From positions 96,001 through 160,000 of the IMG/VR virus record IMGVR_UViG_3300005611_000002: 64,000 nucleotides of DNA; one strand, 5' to 3'. A program made the translations under genes and the position numbers. Origin of the DNA: a virus (lineage: Duplodnaviria > Caudoviricetes). The notes under the pieces were generated by a model, which was given only the letters and a program-made list of their open reading frames with translations, had not been told where the DNA came from and did not search any database. Shown here piece after piece: positions 1 to 9,836 of this stretch. Each line of letters begins with the position of its first letter. Within the stretch, counting starts at the first letter, position 1.

Positions 1-189
1 TGCGGCATTCCATTCGCTCACGCTTAAATTTTTATATTGCGGAAAAATGCATTTTGGTAAAATGTGATGCACTTCGCAATAACCGGATAAATCCTTTCTG
101 TTTATAGAGCGCTCAATCAAAGATATATAAATTTTGGTATATTTATTATCTTTAAATAACGGATCATTTTTTAGTATATTTTTATACAT
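1..189 (-). mobile_element. HNH homing endonuclease, N-terminal part (runs off the window)
   Basis: Manually translated (not in ORF track): MYKNILKNDPLFKDNKYTKIYISLIERSINRKDLSGYCEVHHILPKCIFPQYKNLSVSEWNAA. The E-x-HHI-x-P motif is typical of phage freestanding HNH endonucleases; AT-rich. Confidence 0.75.
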
Positions 190-201
190 GGATTTATAAA
201 C

Positions 202-279
202 TCAGTTTTTCTTGCCGTTTTCACTGGCTTCGGTAAGAACTTCGCAGTCCTCGTTGAATACTTCTGTAATCAGTTTCAT
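202..279 (-). pseudogene. 25-codon 5' stub of prohead protease gp21
   Basis: MKLITEVFNEDCEVLTEASENGKKN-stop. MKLITE... is the typical T4-like gp21 N-terminus, at the syntenic position after gp20 and the core proteins, behind a late promoter. Confidence 0.7.
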
Positions 280-301
280 TTGGTAGTTTCCTTTTTGTTT
301 C

Positions 302-309
302 TATTTATC
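302..309 (-). promoter_or_regulatory. T4-type late promoter variant GATAAATA
   Basis: One mismatch to TATAAATA, just upstream of the gp21 stub; the same variant precedes gp19. Confidence 0.55.
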
Positions 310-313
310 ATTT

Positions 314-559
314 TTATGATTTGTATGAAACTGGAGTGCATAGGATATTATTATCGCCAGAAATAGAGTGCGTCTTGATCTTTTCTACAATCTCAACTGT
401 ATTTTCTGGCATCGTAAATGTTCCGATAACAGTATTTGCACCCACGTCTTCGACGGTCACTACAGTATTCGCAGAAGCATATACTCGAACTAGCGCAGAA
501 TCATATACAGTGTTCGCAGTTGAAACTGTAATCTCGGTATTGATTGGTTTAATAATCAT
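314..559 (-). CDS. small head-module protein
   Basis: 81 aa beta-rich ORF, ATGA-coupled to the upstream ORF, between portal and protease. Confidence 0.6.
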   Translation of the reverse strand: MIIKPINTEITVSTANTVYDSALVRVYASANTVVTVEDVGANTVIGTFTMPENTVEIVEKIKTHSISGDNNILCTPVSYKS

Positions 560-2106
560 AGTGCCTCCCTTGCAAAACCTACGATCTCTTCATAGCCTGC
601 TTTATCAGCCATCATTGTATCTTGCATTTTCTTACGGTTTGTTTTATTGAGATCATTAAACATCTGATTTAGAAGTTCGGCATCCTTTTTTGATACAGTG
701 ATAGAAGAACCATCATCAAGCTTCATACGACCTGGTTTTACCGCTTCTTGTAGTGATTCACTCATTTTTTCTTGACCGTATTCGTCACGCTGTACAGGTC
801 TAGTTGTTGTCATGCGTGTACGAGTTACTCCACGTGCATCTGTATACTTGACTGGACGCTTTATTGCAGAACGTGTGACTTCATCAAGTTCAACTTCTTC
901 ACCTAAGACGTCAATCTGGTGAGCTTTTCTAGCAATCGCTCCGGCTGCTCTTTCTGCATTCTTTTTACTTAGACCCTTTTTCATAAGAATTTTACGATGA
1001 TCATACTCCGACGCGCCGCGAGCTTCTGAATCTGTAAATCCTGATTTTTTGTCCTTCTTGTACTTCTGTATAGCTTTGCGCATAAGATTTTTATCTTTTA
1101 ATACGTTTTCATCGAGCTCAGCTTCTTCGCCATACATACTCATATTCATACGGCGATCGCCTTCAACATATCCGTGAAGGGTCATCATCTGTCCGTGTAC
1201 GTGAGCAAGTTTGTTCTGGAACCACTCTTCTGGATCTACACACATATCATCACAGTCATTGAGATAAGACATGATTTCCTGCGCAGCATACATAATAAAC
1301 TGCAGTTGACGGCTCATCATTGGAATTTCTTCCCATGCGTCTTCTGCCATATTTGCTTTATCGGCAAGACGACCTGAAGCAGAAGTAATACCAGCAAGTC
1401 TTTTATTCGCTTTCTTTCTGTTCTTGTCTCCATCAGCGTAGTTACCACGCTTATCGTCGTAACCGGACATTCTAGATCTCTTTGCTAGATCCTTACCTGC
1501 GCCTTTGATATAGGAGTGCAGAGTGTTTGGTGAAAGCTCGTCAAGTTGTTCAACTTCTTCTTTACGAAACTTACGAGCTACACTCCTATCAGCCATCTTC
1601 AAACCTTTTGCGCGCTTGTCCATAGTCTTTGTTTCTTTTGAGATGTCTGCAGACTGAGGACCATTCTTACTACGTAGCATTTTATCAATTGCTGAATTTG
1701 ATGCGCGTTCTTTACTACGGTTAGCTTTTGCTTTATAGCTTTTCATTGCCCGTGGTGTATCAAGAACTTCGTCAAGCTCGGCTTCCTCTTTCACCTTCTT
1801 TTTCATTGCTTTACTAATTGCTTTGCGACGTGCATGTAGATACTTATCTGAAGAATCTACATCACCATCATTATCAATGTCGTCGTCCTCTTTACCTACA
1901 GGATCCATTGCTTCATATACGTCTTCGTCATTGCCTTTTTCATAATCAGCACGACGCTTCGGCATTTTCTTTGTGGATCCTTTGAATGTTTCATCGCCTG
2001 CATGACTATGTGGAAACTTTTCAATCTCGTGTTTTGCCTTGAAATGAATCTCATCTCCGGCCTTTGGTTGTGCAACCTCGGAAAGAAGTTTACTGAAGGT
2101 CTTCAT
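556..2106 (-). CDS. prohead core / internal head protein (gp67/gp68 position)
   Basis: Lys/Glu-rich, with DIDNDGDVDSSD motif and repeated E-L-D-E putative protease sites; follows portal and has its own late promoter. Confidence 0.6.
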   Translation of the reverse strand: MKTFSKLLSEVAQPKAGDEIHFKAKHEIEKFPHSHAGDETFKGSTKKMPKRRADYEKGNDEDVYEAMDPVGKEDDDIDNDGDVDSSDKYLHARRKAISKAMKKKVKEEAELDEVLDTPRAMKSYKAKANRSKERASNSAIDKMLRSKNGPQSADISKETKTMDKRAKGLKMADRSVARKFRKEEVEQLDELSPNTLHSYIKGAGKDLAKRSRMSGYDDKRGNYADGDKNRKKANKRLAGITSASGRLADKANMAEDAWEEIPMMSRQLQFIMYAAQEIMSYLNDCDDMCVDPEEWFQNKLAHVHGQMMTLHGYVEGDRRMNMSMYGEEAELDENVLKDKNLMRKAIQKYKKDKKSGFTDSEARGASEYDHRKILMKKGLSKKNAERAAGAIARKAHQIDVLGEEVELDEVTRSAIKRPVKYTDARGVTRTRMTTTRPVQRDEYGQEKMSESLQEAVKPGRMKLDDGSSITVSKKDAELLNQMFNDLNKTNRKKMQDTMMADKAGYEEIVGFAREAL

Positions 2107-3730
2107 CTTGAGTTCTCCCAGTTTGATTATTTGAATTCTTTTTTCTATTTATAAGTAGCGATTCCTCAGCTTCCTGTCCTGGTTCTTCAGGCGGCGGTTG
2201 GTCACCTTCGAAGTCACTCATTTCTTGCTCTTCGTCTTCGCGTTCTTTCTTCATCTGTTTTTCCATTTCTTTCCAATCATTATCAGACATGTAAAGAACG
2301 TTTTTGACTACCCATTCCTTCGAGAAGTACTTACCGATTTGTTCTTCGACTTCACGTAGAGTTGACATCTTTTCACGAAGAATTTCAGCTTGCTTCAACT
2401 CTTCGAAGTAGTTGTCTTTCATGAAGTCATAACGAATCTGATTTTGTATTTCTTTCCACTCTTCAGGATCCATAATACCTTTCAGTATCAGTTGCTTTTC
2501 GAGTAGAACATCAAACAACTGCGAGAACCGCGCACGAAGTCGACGAATAAACTTACTGAACTTCAATTCATCACGACTAATCTCAGATGCACGACCAAAT
2601 GTATACATGGTCTCTGGTTCTAGTCTTGAGATTGGAACTCGAAGTGACTTATAAAGTTGCCTCTGGAAGTACTGTAGATTTTCATCTGTGCCGAGAGCTT
2701 GAGAATTACCGCCAGCAAGAAGATCAACTTCGGTAGATCTTTCACCACCGCGACGTGGGAACCAGAAGTCTTCAGTCATGGTCATGAACCGGCGCGAGTC
2801 ACTAATGTCGCCAGACGTAGAGTCATAGCGAAGTTTATTCTTGTGACGAACCATCATATCATGTAGGTACTGTTCAGCCTTTGCCTTTGGAAGGTTACCG
2901 ACATCGATGTAGAAAATACGTCGTTCAGGTGCTCTTGTCAGTGTATAGATCACAACGGCGTCTTCGAGCATTCGAAGCTGATTGAGTGGCTTGATTGCAG
3001 GATGCAGGTGACCTAGAACCATTGCGTTGTTTTCGCTCAACAGACCAGATGTGATGCGTGCGATCGAGTCCTTTGCAATACGATAACCTTGAGTAGTTCC
3101 GTCTTGTTGAGTACCTTTAGTACTACCAAAGCCAGCTTCGGAATAAAGATAATACTCAGACTTTACTCGTTTGATCGGTATACCGGAATGTGGATCTTTT
3201 TCACGACGATCCATTTCCTTGACAAGTCTTAACTTACGAGGATCAATATACCGAAGTTCGTAGATACCTTCTTTCAAATTTTCCGGATCAATCATTACGT
3301 GATAATTGAGTCTTCCGTCAACATAGAATCTAGAAAAAATATCATACGCGTTATTTGAAAAGTCAAGAAGAGAAAGTACATTATCAAACTCTTCTGTGAT
3401 TTTTTCTTTGACTTTATCTGGAAGATCGGTATCATCAAGAACTACTTCAACGACTTTTTCATGTGAGTCAACGCTGATCGCTTCATTCACAATTTCGTCT
3501 ACAGCCTGAGTAATTTCAGTCTGCATCGCCATGCTACGATACTTAGTCACGAGCTCAGACTCAGTCTTTGCAGCTCCTTCCATATCCAGCATCATACCGT
3601 AGAAACCGCCGAGAGCGTTTCCTACAGTGATAGCACCGTCATCGTTCGTTGGCTCGACGAAGGACATCGGCTGTTTGCTGATGTCCTGCTCGTCTTCGGG
3701 CCTCTTGATTTCAAATCCAAAGATGCGCAT
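2090..3730 (-). CDS. gp20: portal vertex protein
   Basis: RAPERRIFYIDVGNLPKAKAEQYL, EDFWFPRR and ISRDELKFSKFI motifs. Confidence 0.97.
   Translation of the reverse strand: MRIFGFEIKRPEDEQDISKQPMSFVEPTNDDGAITVGNALGGFYGMMLDMEGAAKTESELVTKYRSMAMQTEITQAVDEIVNEAISVDSHEKVVEVVLDDTDLPDKVKEKITEEFDNVLSLLDFSNNAYDIFSRFYVDGRLNYHVMIDPENLKEGIYELRYIDPRKLRLVKEMDRREKDPHSGIPIKRVKSEYYLYSEAGFGSTKGTQQDGTTQGYRIAKDSIARITSGLLSENNAMVLGHLHPAIKPLNQLRMLEDAVVIYTLTRAPERRIFYIDVGNLPKAKAEQYLHDMMVRHKNKLRYDSTSGDISDSRRFMTMTEDFWFPRRGGERSTEVDLLAGGNSQALGTDENLQYFQRQLYKSLRVPISRLEPETMYTFGRASEISRDELKFSKFIRRLRARFSQLFDVLLEKQLILKGIMDPEEWKEIQNQIRYDFMKDNYFEELKQAEILREKMSTLREVEEQIGKYFSKEWVVKNVLYMSDNDWKEMEKQMKKEREDEEQEMSDFEGDQPPPEEPGQEAEESLLINRKKNSNNQTGRTQDEDLQ
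2146..2153 (-). promoter_or_regulatory. T4 late promoter TATAAATA
   Basis: Exact consensus inside the gp20 3' end, upstream of ORF 556-2106. Confidence 0.75.
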
Positions 3731-3748
3731 TATTTAGTTTATCCTCAC

Positions 3749-4282
3749 TTAGGTTGTAGAAATTCCAGTTGTGCCTTCAACTCTCCATAGATCATACTGG
3801 AATGTTACAGAAAATTCTTCGATGGTATCTGTAGCTTCCCAAGCCATTGGAATTGCATCGATAGCGATTGGATACATTCCTTCAAAGATATAAGTACGAA
3901 GCGGGCTACCGTTCTTACCATATTGTGTAATTAGACCATTTGACTTATAGCTTTGAGGAAGAGCTCTTGTATTACTATCATGACTGTTGATCGCATTTGA
4001 CCAAGCTTCCATTGCGTTGCGCACCAGGAAGTCTTCGTCGTTGATAACAGTAATCGGCCAATCTTCAAAAACTCGATCACCTGCATATTTTACTTGTCGA
4101 CCGAAATATGGTACGATAGTAGAACCGAGAGTCGATCCAGGAAGTGCCGCAGTTTTAGCCATAAATGGTAGCTTCAAGTCTGCAGCGGGTTCAATTGGAT
4201 TTGTAATTTGTACTTGGAATAGCGTGGGGCGAGCACCGCCGCCCACAAGCTCTGACTTAAACTGGTTAATATTGAAAGCCAT
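3749..4282 (-). CDS. gp19: tail tube protein
   Basis: GGGARPTLF, AGDRVFEDW..TVINDEDF, IEEFSVTFQY; follows sheath gene. Confidence 0.95.
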   Translation of the reverse strand: MAFNINQFKSELVGGGARPTLFQVQITNPIEPAADLKLPFMAKTAALPGSTLGSTIVPYFGRQVKYAGDRVFEDWPITVINDEDFLVRNAMEAWSNAINSHDSNTRALPQSYKSNGLITQYGKNGSPLRTYIFEGMYPIAIDAIPMAWEATDTIEEFSVTFQYDLWRVEGTTGISTT

Positions 4283-4300
4283 CGTTATCTCCTTTACTTT

Positions 4301-4308
4301 TATTTATC
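4301..4308 (-). promoter_or_regulatory. late promoter variant GATAAATA
   Basis: Between the gp18 stop and the gp19 SD (AAGGAG). Confidence 0.6.
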
Positions 4309-6184
4309 AAGCAATTTGACCAACAATCTCATCAAACTCAACACCAGTTCTTGTAGCAACGAATGTAAGTTCGATAATATTGATTGATCTTGCCGGTTTG
4401 ATAAAGATGTTTGCTCTAAATTTGTTTTGATCAATTACATCAGGAGTATTTACCGTTTCGTCAGATATTACTCTGAAGTCGATAATACCGCGACGACCTT
4501 GAATGTCCCGTAGGAGAGGTTCCACTAGGTTTTTGAACTGTGTTCTTGTAAATTCGTCATTGAATTCAAATAGGAACTGTTCAGCTGCAGTAGCAATAGC
4601 TTTTTCAACCGTAATGAAGAGACGACGTACATTGATGCGATCGAACGCGCTTGCAAAGCCTTGACCAGTCTTATCACCAAATAGAAGAATACCTTGACCA
4701 GTAATCGAGATCACGGAGTTGATGTCAGATCCATAAAGCAGATCTCTCTGCGCTTTATTTGGATTGAATGCAAGCTTGACTACGTTCTTGATCACGCCGC
4801 GTTTATATCCAGCTGGAGACTCCCAAGATTCAGTTCTTGACGCAAGACCTGCGATATCACCGTTCAGTGGTACCCAACGGTATACATCATTGTACTTGTC
4901 GTAACGATATTTGTATCCACTATCCATAAACCAATATGAAGACGACTGAACTTGATTACGATAAGCAATCGCACGGTTCATCTTTTCATTTGGAGCAGAG
5001 GGTGAGACAACTGCTTCAAGTGGAGGCGAAAGGAATGCAACGCAATCTTTACGATTATCTACAATATTTGAAATGATGTAGTTCGCAAGATTTGCATGAG
5101 CTGGAAGATTATTCCCGTCAAGTGTTGTAGTACCTTTACCCTGAAGAACGAATGCAATGTCAAGTTCTTTTGGATCTGCGAATAAGTCGTAACCTTCCGC
5201 AAGAGCTCCAAGACCAATGGATGCTTCACCAGATCCGTCACCACCACCCTCAAGTGATTCGTAAGCAGTAGCTGCTACTGAAGCATTAATTACAGAAGCG
5301 CCAGCTTCAACCCAAGCAGATCTATTCTCTAGAACTGTTGGATAATAATTGGTTGTACCATCTGATAATTTTGCACCTTCCGTAGCTGAAACATTACTGT
5401 ATGTTTCAAGAATTGTTCCTGCCGTGCCGGTAATTTCTCCGTCTTCGTCTTTGACGATAATGTGAAGAGAACCAGAACTCGGTGCTGAACCAAATAGATT
5501 TGAATATCTCCACTTTCTTTCTACTTTCAGAAGAGAAAGATCAGTTTGTGAAAGCGTATACTTGTTTGAAAATGATACTTCGATGGTTTGAATTGCAGTA
5601 TTTGAGTCATCAACATCTGCGGTCACTGCTCCAACATTAGTTACAAATAATTCTTGATAACCAACAGTGTCATTACCAATTCTTAGCACATCGTTGTCTT
5701 CGAAAGCATTAGAAATCGTGTTTGCAGCATCAGACGCTGGTGTTGCGGTAAATGTAATCGTATTAGCGTTGAATGTAATAGTACCTGAAACGCCACCAAT
5801 ACTTACAACATCTTCTTCGTAATCGCCTGATGTTACATAAGAAACTTCAAGCGAGTTACCAAGTTCACCAGGATATTTTGCAACAAAGTTTGCTGAGTTT
5901 GCAGTCGCAGCGTTTTCTTCAGCTCGAACCACATAAAGTGCGTTTGAATATGCAAGAAAATCTGCTGCAGTAAAGAATGTTTCATAGTTTTGCCATATAG
6001 TATTCGCGTATGGTTTGCCAAAGCGAGCTACAAGCTGATCTTCTGATGTTACAAGAATTGCTTCATTTACCGGACCCCAACGAAACACACCAGCCATAGC
6101 TGCCGGTGGAGTCGCAATTGCGGGAATCACGGCTGTTGCATCAACTTCTCGAACAATCACGGAAGGGCTTACTGAGAATGCCAT
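4307..6184 (-). CDS. gp18: tail sheath protein
   Basis: SPSVIVRE, WGP, GDKT, FDRINVRRLF, IFIKPARSIN motifs. Confidence 0.97.
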   Translation of the reverse strand: MAFSVSPSVIVREVDATAVIPAIATPPAAMAGVFRWGPVNEAILVTSEDQLVARFGKPYANTIWQNYETFFTAADFLAYSNALYVVRAEENAATANSANFVAKYPGELGNSLEVSYVTSGDYEEDVVSIGGVSGTITFNANTITFTATPASDAANTISNAFEDNDVLRIGNDTVGYQELFVTNVGAVTADVDDSNTAIQTIEVSFSNKYTLSQTDLSLLKVERKWRYSNLFGSAPSSGSLHIIVKDEDGEITGTAGTILETYSNVSATEGAKLSDGTTNYYPTVLENRSAWVEAGASVINASVAATAYESLEGGGDGSGEASIGLGALAEGYDLFADPKELDIAFVLQGKGTTTLDGNNLPAHANLANYIISNIVDNRKDCVAFLSPPLEAVVSPSAPNEKMNRAIAYRNQVQSSSYWFMDSGYKYRYDKYNDVYRWVPLNGDIAGLASRTESWESPAGYKRGVIKNVVKLAFNPNKAQRDLLYGSDINSVISITGQGILLFGDKTGQGFASAFDRINVRRLFITVEKAIATAAEQFLFEFNDEFTRTQFKNLVEPLLRDIQGRRGIIDFRVISDETVNTPDVIDQNKFRANIFIKPARSINIIELTFVATRTGVEFDEIVGQIA

Positions 6185-6233
6185 ATTTGTCTCCTTCTAA
6201 TATTTGATGATTGCTTCAATTATATTCTCAGTC

Positions 6234-6241
6234 TATTTATA
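6234..6241 (-). promoter_or_regulatory. T4 late promoter TATAAATA
   Basis: Exact consensus upstream of gp18. Confidence 0.8.
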
Positions 6242-6253
6242 AAATCACTAAAC

Positions 6254-7888
6254 TTAGAAGTCCGACCAGTCAGCCATGAAATTGTTTTTAGCTACTGGCT
6301 GAAAACCGGGTTTTAACTCTTCTTGTTCTGTAACATCACCATCCATTATAAATCCAAATGGAAGCAAATCATCCTCGATTTCTTTTTCTGTCTTTTCACG
6401 AAGTTTTGATAGTGTATTTATATCGGTCATGTCCTTGAAGAAAGTCTGATCGGATAACCAAGCAAAGATTACGAGGTTCATGACTAGGTCATCGTGCCAT
6501 CCAGATTCTGCTTCATACGAAGAACCCTTCCTTGAAAAACGAGACAATTCTTGTATTGTATGATAGTCTTGAATGATCAACTGATTCTGTTCTATCAACA
6601 TTTTCAGCATTGAACATCCAACAGACTTTACGGATTTTGTAGTGCGAATACCGTTATCTACTCTCTTACCAAAACCACTTGAAATACGCTTGCCGCTTCG
6701 ACCTGCGTTTTCTGTGAATAACAAGTTTTCATAACCATAATCCATAGTCAATGTATCAGACACTTGTTCGCCGATGTCATTGATTTCAATAAGAATAGCA
6801 GCTTCATTGTAAAGTTTGCCCATCCTAAAGATAATTGAAGCAAAATCCACTGGTCCTACAAAGTTATCTCGATAAGTACAGACCTGTTTATAAGGCATCT
6901 TCGTACAATCGATGATGTTGAATGTAGAATAGTCTAATCCTTTGCCTCGAGATACATCAACCGTCATAAAGTATACTCGATCTTTTTCAGGTTTCTCATA
7001 TTGATAGATACCATCTTTTTCTGTAATTGGTTGTGAAAAGTCAAGTTCTTTGAGTTTAGCACCTGATATGAGAGTATTTGTGCTACCAACAAAACTACAA
7101 TTAAATTCTTGTTCAAATTTTTCCGCGTCGTTGTCTATTGCAGATAAAGTATCTATTTTCCAAGCTTCGTCACGACCTGGCACTTTATCCCATGGTATTT
7201 CAATATATACATATCCATTTCTACCTTCTTGAGCACCCTTACACGTTTTCCAAAAATGGTTGAGAGAATTTGGCGTAGATGTAAGAAGTATTTTTGTAGT
7301 TTTACCAGAAGAAATTGTAGGATAAACTGATGCGAAAAATTCATCCCAATTTTCAAGGAAAGCTGTCTCATCAATATATAAGAACGAGATACTTTTTCCT
7401 CGAATTGCTGAAGACGAAGAAGCTGAGGCTATAACTTTACAACCATTTTCTAATTCTATAGAACCTTTATTCCACTCGACTACACCTTGTTGTAACCATT
7501 TAGGAAGAGCCTCGTATGCGATTTGTACTCTGTTTAATATTTCTCTTGCAGAATCACCTTTATTTGCTAAGAGTGCTACAGTTTTATATTCATTGAATAA
7601 AACATAGTGAAGGATAATTGCAACCGCGGTGGTAGTTTTACCTGCCTGTCTACTCGAATTTACTACAACTCTTCTACCAGTAGTAATTGCGCTTATAATT
7701 TCTTTTTGAAAATCATATAATTTTATCGGAATGAGACCTTGATCAACGTGAACAATATGAATATATTTTTCCGCGAAATAGATAGGATCTTCGGCACATT
7801 TCATATATTCTTTGATAAGTTCAGGAGTCCATTCTATTTCCTGTTGACTTTTTTTGAGTTGAGAGTTTCCTAAATAACCTTCAGACAT
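6254..7888 (-). CDS. gp17: terminase large subunit
   Basis: RQAGKTT Walker A, YIDETAF Walker B, STPN, DVSRG..DYS, HDDLVM; likely start MSEGYLGN at 7888. Confidence 0.97.
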   Translation of the reverse strand: MSEGYLGNSQLKKSQQEIEWTPELIKEYMKCAEDPIYFAEKYIHIVHVDQGLIPIKLYDFQKEIISAITTGRRVVVNSSRQAGKTTTAVAIILHYVLFNEYKTVALLANKGDSAREILNRVQIAYEALPKWLQQGVVEWNKGSIELENGCKVIASASSSSAIRGKSISFLYIDETAFLENWDEFFASVYPTISSGKTTKILLTSTPNSLNHFWKTCKGAQEGRNGYVYIEIPWDKVPGRDEAWKIDTLSAIDNDAEKFEQEFNCSFVGSTNTLISGAKLKELDFSQPITEKDGIYQYEKPEKDRVYFMTVDVSRGKGLDYSTFNIIDCTKMPYKQVCTYRDNFVGPVDFASIIFRMGKLYNEAAILIEINDIGEQVSDTLTMDYGYENLLFTENAGRSGKRISSGFGKRVDNGIRTTKSVKSVGCSMLKMLIEQNQLIIQDYHTIQELSRFSRKGSSYEAESGWHDDLVMNLVIFAWLSDQTFFKDMTDINTLSKLREKTEKEIEDDLLPFGFIMDGDVTEQEELKPGFQPVAKNNFMADWSDF

Positions 7889-8606
7889 ATTCGAAACCAA
7901 ACCCCAATTCTTTATATGTTTTTCCAACTATTGATTTGTCATAATTATTTTTCAAAAATCCATTTTTTGAATGGGAGAGATTTGTTATTTTCTTTTCATT
8001 TGAATTTATACAATAATCGTATAAAGAACTAGTTCCCATACCAAGTTTTTCACAAGCTTCTTTATAACTTTCAAATTTGCCAAGTGGAGTAATAAAATAT
8101 CCTCTAAATTTTGGATAATCTTTACCTTTAAGTTTTTTCATTTTTTCGGAATGATCGGGTCTGCTTTTTCCATAAAAATGGTTTTTTTCACCAGACTTCA
8201 TTTCGCTTAATTTTTTTCTTGTTTCTTCCGAATGTTTTTTGTCATAAAATGGGTTGTTCGATCCTTTCATTTTTTCGGAATGATCGGGTCTTTTTATGCC
8301 TTTCATGTTTGGAGGCATACCACCGCCTTCGGCTATATTCCATCCTATTTCTTTTTTGGGTCTATATTCAATTTCTTTTTTTACTGCTTCATCTAAAGAT
8401 AAATTTTCATATAGTATTTCATATACTATATCGTCATATTTTTTTATAGCATTAGAAACAGCAGAGTGTTTACTATTATTTTTTCTATGTTCAGAAAATC
8501 TTCTTTTTGTATTATTAGAAATACCAATATAACCTTCTGAAAAAATATCAGAATGACATGTTCTTCTGATCCAATAAACAGAATAATTATTCATTGTCTT
8601 TGTCAC
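7881..8606 (-). mobile_element. GIY-YIG (Seg-like) homing endonuclease with NUMOD3 motifs
   Basis: SVYWI...GYIGIS..RRFSEH..GWN nuclease domain and HSEETRKKLS / RPDHSEKMK repeats; AT-rich; inserted between gp16 and gp17. Confidence 0.88.
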
Positions 8607-9024
8607 CTTTGATCATCTTGAGTAGATCCGCTGTCGACACAATCAAATTGTTGTTCGTCACATTAGTCTGCGCAGCTTCTTTTGGTCCGTTCTTTTCTTC
8701 GATAGCATACTTTTTCTTTGTCGACATCTCCACGAAGTCTTTGTTTGCATCAAGAAGAGTTTTCATCAGATTTGCCGCAACTTCAAACGCTCGAGGAGAC
8801 TCGTATTGTTTGGCAAGGTCGATCATTTCTTTTAGTGAATCATCACCCTGTTCTATGATGTTCTGAATATTTCGTCGAGCCTTTTCGATGTCTTGAATAT
8901 TTTCATCATCTTCAGTATTTGGCGCTGCCGGCAGCTGCTCTTCAACTACCGTTGGAAGATCTTCTTGTTTCGCTTCTTCGAGCGGTCTCAGACCAAGTGC
9001 ACTAGCAATAATATCGTCATTCAT
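8587..9024 (-). CDS. gp16: terminase small subunit
   Basis: ESPRAFEVAANL, TNNNLIVSTADL; synteny. Confidence 0.9.
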   Translation of the reverse strand: MNDDIIASALGLRPLEEAKQEDLPTVVEEQLPAAPNTEDDENIQDIEKARRNIQNIIEQGDDSLKEMIDLAKQYESPRAFEVAANLMKTLLDANKDFVEMSTKKKYAIEEKNGPKEAAQTNVTNNNLIVSTADLLKMIKGDKDNE

Positions 9025-9833
9025 TAGATATCCTCTTCAATTACTCGAATCACTCCCCAATCGTCATCAAATTCGATGTCTGTATATGGTATTGTGTTAT
9101 TTGCGCTTGTTGTTGGTTGACCATTTGCAGTAAGTCCAGGATATACTTGAATGCGCTCTTGTGGATCAGCATTCTCGTCTAGAGTATCATACATATCGAC
9201 TTCAATAAATTTGATAACTTTTTTCTGTCTTTCAGGTCCGAAATACCAGCACTTCATAGTAAAGTTAAGCGTCCATAATACGGACCTTCTTTCTTCAAAA
9301 GAGCCTTCATACAATTCTTCATTTGTAACACCATTGAGCACCAACGGTATATCAATTGGATCTAAATCGTCGATTAGCTTGACAGTTGTTGTCCACTCTG
9401 GCTTGAAAAACGGTAAGATCTGTTCCAATACCTTTACACCATCTTCAGAATACTTAGTCATAATATAGAGTGAAAAATCAAGATTGTATGGAGTAGCTGA
9501 CCACATGAAACTGCGAGAATCGTTCGATTCGGCTTTTAGTTCTTTTCTTAACTTTTGTGTAGAATTAACCTTTCTTGTACCATCATATACCATATTATCT
9601 AATTCGAATGACATGCGAGGAAGAGTAATTGCTGATTTTTTATTTAGTTCTGGATCCTGAGTAATTCTAGCAAGAAACTTTTGAAATGGCCCATATGCGA
9701 TCGGCACTATCATTTTTTGTATTTCGGTATCAGTATTGTCATCTCGTGTGATTGATATCTTATTGAAAAGAGTACCAAAGAGAGCAATATACTTTCGAGT
9801 GGTTGCATTATAGAAATGATTTACGAATGCCAT
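9024..9833 (-). CDS. gp15: tail sheath stabilizer/terminator
   Basis: HFYN..RKYIALFGTLFN, VPIAYGP, LPRMSFE, EQILPFF. Confidence 0.93.
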   Translation of the reverse strand: MAFVNHFYNATTRKYIALFGTLFNKISITRDDNTDTEIQKMIVPIAYGPFQKFLARITQDPELNKKSAITLPRMSFELDNMVYDGTRKVNSTQKLRKELKAESNDSRSFMWSATPYNLDFSLYIMTKYSEDGVKVLEQILPFFKPEWTTTVKLIDDLDPIDIPLVLNGVTNEELYEGSFEERRSVLWTLNFTMKCWYFGPERQKKVIKFIEVDMYDTLDENADPQERIQVYPGLTANGQPTTSANNTIPYTDIEFDDDWGVIRVIEEDI

Positions 9834-9836
9834 GTG

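Noticed and set aside
7889-7927. Extended gp17 N-terminus (MEKHIKNW...)
   Set aside because: Lies inside the endonuclease gene; gp17-like sequence begins at MSEGYLGN.
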